A stretch of 15,789 nucleotides of DNA, taken from NCBI GenBank assembly GCA_964473825.1, contig CAYYQL010000050.1, forward strand, positions 1 through 15,789. Reading direction: 5' to 3'. This DNA is from an uncultured archaeon. GTDB taxonomy: Archaea > Asgardarchaeota > Thorarchaeia > Thorarchaeales > Thorarchaeaceae. This document shows positions 1-6,279 of this stretch, piece after piece (within the stretch, counting starts at the first letter, position 1; the number at the start of each line of letters is the position of its first letter). A model generated the notes under the pieces. That model was not told the origin of the DNA. It did no database searches and saw only the letters and a list, made by a program, of their open reading frames with translations. The translations under genes and the position numbers were made by a program.

Positions 1-17
1 CGGGCCCGCCATCCTTG

Positions 18-1742
18 TTATTCTTGTTCATCTTCAAACTCGATGCTGTGGTGCAACCAGTGTGGGACCTCTGTATCGAGCTGACTATGAACATGGGAGA
101 GGCTGTGCCAGGGGGCTCCGAGCTTCAAGCGAGCCGCTCGTTTTGAGCCGATGCCCGGGATTACACTGAGTTGCGACATACTGGCAGAATTGATAGGGAA
201 AGGATGTGGAAGCACAGTGACTGAACGCGGGCCCTGGTCAATCACGACAACATCAGTGACTGATGTCACTGGCCTACTTGGCATATAGCAGAGGAGAGGA
301 TACGATGCGAGGGGGCGAAGCAGGCTGGTCTTCCCTCGTTCTTCTTCGAGGAATGCAGAGCGTATGATGGTCCCTGCAGGAGCTACCCTCTGCAACATGA
401 CAGTATCAATCTCTTCCCGTATCCGCTCCTTATGCTTCAGGAATGCCCTGTGTGAGATAGCAGGAGATGATGGCTCTGACAGGGAGGTCCCAGGAAGACC
501 GATCACCTGTCGAATATTGATTCTCCGCACAAGCAGGTTGGCGTCTAGTAGACGCTTCAAGAATGACAGATTGTGTTCAAGGGTCGCCTCGCTCTCTCCA
601 GGGAGGCCGTAGAGAAGGTTGATACCGGGAAGGAGATGTGGAAGTTCTCTTGGTGGGGCATGAGCGCCCACTTCATTGAGTGTTGCTATAGCTTCGAAGG
701 CCTCATCAGCATCCACTTTGAGATTGTTACGACGAATCACCTCGGGATCCACCGACTCGATGCCAAAAGCCGCCACATCTCCGACAGAATGATACTTCAT
801 GATGGTCTTGGCGACCTGTTTGCTCTCTTCTGGGTGATTTGCAACGGTACCTGGGTTGACGTTATCGATGTGAAGAACTTCAACATCTGGAGCAGCCGCC
901 CGTACTTTAGAGAAGAGGTTGTGAACTTCGTGCACGGCTGGAGTTGGAAACTCTTCCTCGCCAATCTCTTGGGAGCCGTAGGAGAACATGTCGCTCTGAC
1001 GACCCAACCGGAAAGCACGGATTCCCTCAGCATACAATACCTCAATCTCCCTTGCAATATCTGCTGCGGCTCGTGTCTGAGGTGGACCGTAGTTCGGCTC
1101 TATACAGAAAGAACAACCTCCTACAATATATCGAGGACATCCACGAAAGGTTTCAATCTCACAGATGAGATAGTTACGTCGGAGGTTAGGGTGTTGCCTC
1201 ACAATCTGAGCTCCCCGAACCAAGAAGGGTTCAATCTCACGGGCAGAGGCCCGTGACGTATCAAGGGAAACAGCAGAGAAATCGCCCCGTTCTGTAAGAG
1301 CGTTATAGATGACTAGTTCTGGGTCACCAGTCACGATATAGTCAAAGGGGGGCGACAATGCATCGGGACTCAGTGCGAGTCGGCCACCCTCAAGACCGCA
1401 ACCAAATCGAGCCCATGGTCCAACAAGGAGTTTTGGGGTATCTACAAGCCTAGAATCGGAGAATAACACTCTGGCCTCGCGTGGCGATATGGGGGTACCA
1501 CCTAGGTACTTCCCCGGCACAATCATGCCTGCAATGAGTATCAGTACATCACTGTGTGCCCAAATCTTCTGAGCGTTTTCAAAACTCAGTCGAACCTCGT
1601 CAATCGTTTGATAGAGGATTTCGATTTGAGGATTAGCCGACCAGATGGCACCGGCGATATATCGGGGATAGGTACTGATGTACGGGGGGACCCCAAGACA
1701 GGTAGGTTCGTCCACGTAACCATCTAGTAGAACTATTCTGAC
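18..1742 (-). CDS. Radical SAM protein with C-terminal helix-hairpin-helix motif (COG1031-like); start codon uncertain
   Basis: Family N-terminal motif (VRIVLL)DGYVDEPTCLGVPPYIS; cysteine motif CPRYIVGGCSFC (CX7CX2C); HIDNVNP, FGIESVD, PGINLLYGL and RRINIRQV motifs; C-terminal HhH IPGIGSKRA; TAA at 18-20. The frame stays open upstream of the track's GTG (1715) to 1745, so the start is placed at about 1742 by homology. Confidence 0.85.
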   Translation of the reverse strand, partial: VRIVLLDGYVDEPTCLGVPPYISTYPRYIAGAIWSANPQIEILYQTIDEVRLSFENAQKIWAHSDVLILIAGMIVPGKYLGGTPISPREARVLFSDSRLVDTPKLLVGPWARFGCGLEGGRLALSPDALSPPFDYIVTGDPELVIYNALTERGDFSAVSLDTSRASAREIEPFLVRGAQIVRQHPNLRRNYLICEIETFRGCPRYIVGGCSFCIEPNYGPPQTRAAADIAREIEVLYAEGIRAFRLGRQSDMFSYGSQEIGEEEFPTPAVHEVHNLFSKVRAAAPDVEVLHIDNVNPGTVANHPEESKQVAKTIMKYHSVGDVAAFGIESVDPEVIRRNNLKVDADEAFEAIATLNEVGAHAPPRELPHLLPGINLLYGLPGESEATLEHNLSFLKRLLDANLLVRRINIRQVIGLPGTSLSEPSSPAISHRAFLKHKERIREEIDTVMLQRVAPAGTIIRSAFLEEERGKTSLLRPLASYPLLCYMPSRPVTSVTDVVVIDQGPRSVTVLPHPFPINSASMSQLSVIPGIGSKRAARLKLGAPWHSLSHVHSQLDTEVPHWLHHSIEFEDEQE

Positions 1743-1918
1743 GTCTCATCCCACCGTTCATTGTTGGTTAGACAAACTTGAACAGCAGAGTGCTGTCCAT
1801 CTAGGAGCGATAACAGAACAACTCTGCGAGGACACTGAATCCGTCGTTCCAACCTCAACCTCGTATAACCGGACGAAGCGCTATAGGGTCGGAGAGCCTC
1901 CTTGAAAACCAACATCAT
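1733..1918 (-). CDS. Possible small hypothetical protein (61 aa)
   Basis: ATG overlaps the thiL TGA (ATGA overlap), with GAGGTGG SD at 1925-1931. It fills the gap between thiL and the radical SAM gene. No recognisable motif. Confidence 0.3.
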   Translation of the reverse strand: MMLVFKEALRPYSASSGYTRLRLERRIQCPRRVVLLSLLDGQHSAVQVCLTNNERWDETSE

Positions 1919-2940
1919 CTATGTCCACCTCTGTTCGAGTTCATTGACTCATCCCACCCTCTCAGACTGTCATATCCCACATTTGGCACGTCCACAAATC
2001 CTTCACTTGACTCATAGACCACACCCTCGCCCCTTTTTGCAAAGCCAATCGACCTAAGAGGGATACTCTGCTCCTTGGCAATATCCAAAGCAAAACCCCA
2101 TCTCTCGTGAGGGACTGTGATCACTAGGGTGAATTCCTCACCCCCGCCCATGACCAGCTGCATTTCATCAAGGTTGTTCTCTCGGGCAAACCTCCATAGA
2201 TTGGTTGAGATGGGCAGTTCATCTATCACAAAAGCCAGCTCAGACTGCTTGGCCATAGTATGCAGTGTGATTCCAAGCCCATCACTGCTGTCCATGGAGG
2301 CAGAGATTGCGTCATTTGCAGCAAGAGCGGCAACAAAATGATGGTGAATTCTTGGCTTGTACGCTGCAACAAGCGCCTCGAATCTGAGATCGGCACCCAA
2401 TTCCATGTTCCTGAGAAGATGTTCATAGGCAATTGCTGTGAAACCGAACAGCCCAGTGGTCGCAATGATATCTCCATCTTTCGTGCCATCACGCGGAACA
2501 ATCCTTCTAGGAGAAGCGGTGCCAATTGCCACACCCGTGAGCACAACATCTTCAGCACAACCCAGATCACCGCCGACAAATGGAATGTCGTTCTTCAGCC
2601 CATATTGTGAGAAGCCCCTCACAATCTCTGTCCCCTCATCGCGAGAGTAGTCTTCCGGAAAACAGAGAGATAGCATGAGGGCTTTTGGCACTGCACCCTT
2701 CGCCACAATATCACTGATAGCCATCACGGCGGTCTTGCGTCCAACCTGTGCAGCAGTCATGCCGGGGAGCCAGTCGGTCTTGCCAACGAAGGTATCAACA
2801 TTGATGACCACATTGGTTTCTGATGCCAGTGGAAGGTCTGATGCGTCATCGTCGAAACCCAGTATTGCGCCCGGCGGCTTCTGAATCAGATGGCTTATAC
2901 CTTGAAGAAAAGAACGTTCACTGCCTGTATCGGATTGCAT
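1915..2940 (-). CDS. thiL: Thiamine-monophosphate kinase
   Basis: PurM/ThiL motifs GFDDDA, NVDTFV, AISDIVAKGA, VGGD, GDIIATTG, MDSSDGL and GGGEEF; GAGGT SD before the ATG. Confidence 0.9.
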   Translation of the reverse strand: MQSDTGSERSFLQGISHLIQKPPGAILGFDDDASDLPLASETNVVINVDTFVGKTDWLPGMTAAQVGRKTAVMAISDIVAKGAVPKALMLSLCFPEDYSRDEGTEIVRGFSQYGLKNDIPFVGGDLGCAEDVVLTGVAIGTASPRRIVPRDGTKDGDIIATTGLFGFTAIAYEHLLRNMELGADLRFEALVAAYKPRIHHHFVAALAANDAISASMDSSDGLGITLHTMAKQSELAFVIDELPISTNLWRFARENNLDEMQLVMGGGEEFTLVITVPHERWGFALDIAKEQSIPLRSIGFAKRGEGVVYESSEGFVDVPNVGYDSLRGWDESMNSNRGGHR

Positions 2941-2975
2941 CTGCAGACCTCAGTATAGGGGACAGGCGTGTCAGT

Positions 2976-2990
2976 GATAAAGTTTTATAA
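2976..2990. promoter_or_regulatory. BRE/TATA promoter for tRNA-Thr, possibly also serving divergent thiL
   Basis: Purine-rich GATAAAG followed by TTTTATAA (2983-2990), 28 nt upstream of the tRNA; reads TTATAAAA on the minus strand toward thiL. Confidence 0.65.
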
Positions 2991-3018
2991 CTGAAACAAG
3001 AAGAATCGCTCACGGCAA

Positions 3019-3126
3019 GCCTCGGTGGCTAAGCGGTCTACAGCGTCTGCCTCGTAAGCAGAAAAACAGCGGATTGATTTCCAATCGCTGGTCGACTCGC
3101 GGGTTCAAATCCCGCCCGGGGCTCCA
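3019..3126 (+). tRNA. tRNA-Thr(CGT) with ~31-nt insertion in the variable region; CCA encoded
   Basis: Acceptor GCCTCGG/CCGGGGC, U73, CCA; anticodon arm TCTGC-CTCGTAA-GCAGA (CGT at 3053-3055); T arm GCGGG-TTCAAAT-CCCGC; 36 nt between the anticodon and T stems. Confidence 0.92.
3066..3096 (+). other. Putative non-canonical tRNA intron (best fit 46/47) with relaxed BHB
   Basis: Hairpin CAGC-G-GATTG-ATTTC-CAATC-GCTG with bulges AA^A and AC^T; central helix AGAA/GTCG has only 2 Watson-Crick pairs. Removal restores a 5-nt variable loop AAATC. Confidence 0.55.
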
Positions 3127-3223
3127 TTTCCCATTTCTCCCGTAGCTAGATGTTGTGCAGGCTTCCATAGTATTAAGAGCGGAATCTCACAAAGTTTACA
3201 GTACACTGGAGGTGAAAGGAGTA

Positions 3224-3316
3224 ATGAAGAATGACAAAGACAGTGAAGATAAGCGTCGACGAGAACAGCAGACACCTCTGCCGCCGTTCGAGTGGTTCGC
3301 AGCAGCAACGAGATAA
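3224..3316 (+). CDS. Small ORF, 30 aa (MKNDKDSEDKRRREQQTPLPPFEWFAAATR); below the ORF-track length cutoff
   Basis: TATA-like TATTAAG at 3171-3177; full archaeal SD GGAGGTGA at 3208-3215, 8 nt before the ATG; tandem stops TAA TGA. Confidence 0.55.
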   Translation: MKNDKDSEDKRRREQQTPLPPFEWFAAATR

Positions 3317-3425
3317 TGAATACCACTCCCAAGATTTTGCGGAATCCGGTGGCAAACAACCAGTGCCATCCTGCTCCGCATGAATCTACTTCTTCTGAAT
3401 CTCTATATCACTATTATTCCGGCTG

Positions 3426-3671
3426 TCAACAGTATGCATAAAGCACAGGAGGTAGGCGGACCGTGCATTCATCTATCCTCGGGGTGAAACTTGGAAAGGG
3501 GAGCTCCTCCCCAAAGTATCGAGATCCCAGACCTTTGCAGGTGCCCGTTTCTTCTTCATAGTATCTGCAGAGCTGGCATGGTAGTGTTTCATCTGGGGGT
3601 TCTGCCACCGGAACCTCCACAAATCTTGCGTAGCGTCGATCCCAGACCCTGTGAAGTCTGACATGTCTCAT
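3426..3671 (-). CDS. Small Cys-rich hypothetical protein (81 aa from ATG 3671, or 93 aa from GTG 3707), putative metal binding
   Basis: CQLC-x9-C-x23-C-x11-C(C-terminal); protein-like composition; divergent from tRNA-Leu. Confidence 0.6.
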   Translation of the reverse strand: MRHVRLHRVWDRRYARFVEVPVAEPPDETLPCQLCRYYEEETGTCKGLGSRYFGEELPFPSFTPRIDECTVRLPPVLYAYC

Positions 3672-3795
3672 GCCATACTGTTTCTCTTGAACATATATAG
3701 CGCCCACACAACATCAGAAACCCGATGTCAATCCCGAAAGGGTAATAAGCGACGTAACTCGGACTAGGACCAGACACGACTCATAGAGGATTTCT

Positions 3796-3913
3796 GCGGA
3801 GGTTGCCAAGCCTGGCCAAAGGCGCTAGGTTGAGGGCCTAGATTCCGTGGTCTTCCACCACGGAAAGGCTATCTCGTAGGAGTTCGCGAGTTCAAATCTC
3901 GCCCTCCGCACCA
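3796..3913 (+). tRNA. tRNA-Leu(GAG) with 30-nt intron at 43/44; CCA encoded
   Basis: Acceptor GCGGAGG/CCTCCGC, A73, CCA; D arm GCCAAGCCTGGCCAAAGGC; anticodon arm CTAGG-TTGAGGG-CCTAG; class II variable arm TCTCGTAGGAGTTC; T arm GCGAG-TTCAAAT-CTCGC. Confidence 0.95.
3842..3871 (+). other. Non-canonical BHB intron at 43/44 of tRNA-Leu
   Basis: Central helix GCCT/AGGC, bulges AG^A and TA^T, 8-bp intron stem TTCCGTGG/CCACGGAA. Excision gives a standard archaeal tRNA-Leu(GAG). Confidence 0.9.
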
Positions 3914-4213
3914 TTTTCTCTTAGACCATCTATCCTTCTCCATCCTTTTTTCTCTGATGACATTACTCTGCTGTTGAGAGTAGGAACTGAGAGATTGATG
4001 CTCTATTGAATGACAATGGGGTAACTCCGTTGTGTGTATGTTTCGAAAAGGTAACAACATCCTCAGGTGAGTGTGATGAGCCATATACGGTTCTATCAGT
4101 TCTCTCAAGATGTTGTCTGAGTGAGATCCGGGACTGTCCATGTCGAACCAAGCTGTCTGCAACCTTTCTGCTATCTTTATGTGGATACGGGTCTTGTATC
4201 TCTGACTGGACAT

Positions 4214-4676
4214 GTGACGATAGTGGCCAACATTCGCGTATGCGTTAGGGGACTAGTACGAAACGGTAAGAGAATTCTGGTCTCTTCTGAAGTATGGCCC
4301 ACTAAGGACGATAAATTCTATCTCCTGCCAGGAGGCGCAGTTAAGTATGGGGGAGTATGCTCAGCACGCAATCGTTCGTGAGTTCGAAGAGGAGTTGACC
4401 GTGCGCGTGGAGAATGTGAGGTATCTGGGAGTACTGGAGAATATCTTCGAAACTTCTCTAGGTCTCGGCCACGAGATAGTATTGGTGCATGAGGTCGATC
4501 TTCTTGATAAGACTCTCTATGAAAAGGATAAGATAGCTGGAGTGGAGGATGATATCGATAATCCGGAGATATACGGCAGTGATGCACTCTCGCTTGAGTT
4601 CTGCTGGAAATCACAAGAAGAGATGAGAAGGGAAGGACGCCCGCTCTACCCAGAGGGCGTGGAACGATTATTCTAA
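4214..4676 (+). pseudogene. Nudix hydrolase, frameshifted within the Nudix box
   Basis: First frame IRVCVRGLVRNGKRILV...FYLLPGGAVKYG continues in the next frame as EYAQHAIVREFEEEL...YLGVLENIF...GHEIVLV. The join gives GX5EX7REUXEE. One extra G in the G5 run at 4349-4353. Start is GTG 4214 or 4223. Confidence 0.8.
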
Positions 4677-4994
4677 CATTGCAGGGACCGTTCATCGTAA
4701 GTTGTGCGATTTTGGATGTCAAGGCACACTGAGAGCTATAGCATACTTGGACAGAGCTGGATAGAGAGTAGCTGATACTTTGTACAATGAGAGGTCTTCA
4801 GCCCAGTGTGTGGACACTCTGGTACTGAATGCATATCTGATATCATTGCAATGCCTCAAGGAGTTCAATCCAGTGCTGTTTCTGGTAGGAGAATGAATGG
4901 AGGGAAAGAAGATTCTATCCGGCGCCCGGGACATTGATCTAATGACCTCGAGGGCGCATGCGGATGATTGCAACCCAAGAGGCTACTGAGGGGA

Positions 4995-5034
4995 GACCCG
5001 CCTCCATGATGAGAGAGGTAGCGAGAGGCGGGTC
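4995..5034 (+). ncRNA. Perfect 10-bp GC-rich hairpin with a box C/K-turn-like loop (candidate structured RNA element)
   Basis: GACCCGCCTC (4995-5004) pairs with GAGGCGGGTC (5025-5034); loop C-ATGATGA-GAGAGGTA-GCGA. Confidence 0.4.
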
Positions 5035-5259
5035 GTTTGAGGGAGGCAAGTGCAACAAGTCTTGGTGGTGTGGTTGCGTCAACATGGAATACGACTCCGC
5101 GGATTTAAGCAGCACAGAAGTCCGGTCTGCGTCTGTGCGGAAGATAACGCACATTCTTGGCGGGCATACCGTGCACGACTACAACAATCAGCATCAGAAT
5201 GGTAATGTATAAAGGAGGAAGACCCTGCGAGGGGGACAAGAACCGGCCGGTGCATCGAT

Positions 5260-6279
5260 GTGACTACGCCTCAGATAGGGATTATTGGTATAGGGAACAT
5301 GGGCAAGATCCATGCCAGAGTACTGAACAACGCTAGAGCCCTGGCGGGGGTTGCAGATACCGACTTCGAGAAAGCGAAACAAGTTTCTGAAATCTATCAA
5401 GTACCCGCGTTCAGAGATTTTGAGGTGATGCTTCAAGAGGTGGCCTTGGACGGCGTCATTATAGCAACACCAACCTTTACTCACGCAATCATCGCTGAAA
5501 AGATTGCAGACAAGCATGACTCCGTGAAAGGTATTCTTATCGAAAAGCCACTCGCGTCGAACCTGCAGGATGCTGAGAGGGTTGCGAGCATTCTTAATCG
5601 GAAGAAGATTGAAGCAGTTGTTTCACACTCAGAGATCTACAATCCCGTGGTCGAGAGAGCTTTGAATCTTATTATGAGCGGAGATATCGGAAGACCCCGA
5701 ACTATCGTCCATGACAGGAGAGGATTTGTTCAGCCCTCACGAATTCCGTCACTTGGTGATGTCTTTGAGGATATTGGCGTTCATGACTTCGACATCATGT
5801 CGAGAATAAGTACCGGACCGGGCCGTCTGTTCGCTCAGGGCTGTATTCAAGAGGGAACCTACAATTCGGGAACTGTTCTGATCAAATTCGATAGTGGTAC
5901 GGAACATGTATTCCATCTATCTCGCCAATACGTGGGACGAAAGCGGATCATGGACGTTTCAGGCACAAAAGGAACTCTTGTACTGGATTTATTCGCGCAG
6001 ATAATCAAAGTCCAGGACTTGGACCAAGAACCATCAGCTGATAGTAGAACAATCAAACTGCCTCAAAGAGGTGCCACTATCAAAGTATATGGGGAACCAG
6101 TTCAAGAAGTGATTAACGACTTTCTAAGATGCATCGAGACTGGGTCCAGGCCGCTGGTCGGTCTTGATGACGGCATTGCGGCTTTACGTATCGTTGAGGC
6201 CGCAAGGAAGAGTGCGAGTTCCGGAGAGGCTGTGGGGATCAATATTCAGCCGAGAGCGGAAACATCACCCGCTAAGTAG
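5260..6279 (+). CDS. Gfo/Idh/MocA family NAD(P)-dependent oxidoreductase
   Basis: Rossmann motif IGIIGIGNMG, IATPTFTH, IEKP and DIGVHDFD; TATA-like GTATAAAG at about 5207-5214. Confidence 0.92.
   Translation: MTTPQIGIIGIGNMGKIHARVLNNARALAGVADTDFEKAKQVSEIYQVPAFRDFEVMLQEVALDGVIIATPTFTHAIIAEKIADKHDSVKGILIEKPLASNLQDAERVASILNRKKIEAVVSHSEIYNPVVERALNLIMSGDIGRPRTIVHDRRGFVQPSRIPSLGDVFEDIGVHDFDIMSRISTGPGRLFAQGCIQEGTYNSGTVLIKFDSGTEHVFHLSRQYVGRKRIMDVSGTKGTLVLDLFAQIIKVQDLDQEPSADSRTIKLPQRGATIKVYGEPVQEVINDFLRCIETGSRPLVGLDDGIAALRIVEAARKSASSGEAVGINIQPRAETSPAK

Noticed and set aside
364-1256. Plus-strand ORFs of 82, 227 and 74 aa, and similar antisense ORFs inside thiL, gcvP, HD and the large gene
   Set aside because: They are fully nested opposite well-supported genes and have no motifs.
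1746-1748. Selenocysteine or genome-wide TGA reassignment
   Set aside because: The TGA is upstream of the conserved region, and TGA acts as a normal stop for thiL, gcvPB, mtaB and trm112.
3105-3381. Three overlapping minus-strand ORFs that look hydrophobic
   Set aside because: They are antisense to the purine-rich small ORF that has the promoter and SD; one overlaps tRNA-Thr; none has clear initiation signals.
3949-5034. Eukaryote-like SECIS interpretation of the ATGA...GA hairpins
   Set aside because: They lack the long helix II and apical AA, and no adjacent co-oriented gene has an in-frame TGA at a Cys-equivalent position.
4939-5212. ORFs 4958-5212 (+) and 4939-5154 (-)
   Set aside because: They have no recognisable motifs or clear SD and overlap each other, so neither can be supported as a gene.
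3127-5259. Integrated mobile element or CRISPR array at the tRNA pair
   Set aside because: No integrase or transposase, no duplicated tRNA 3' end, no terminal inverted repeats and no regularly spaced repeats were seen.
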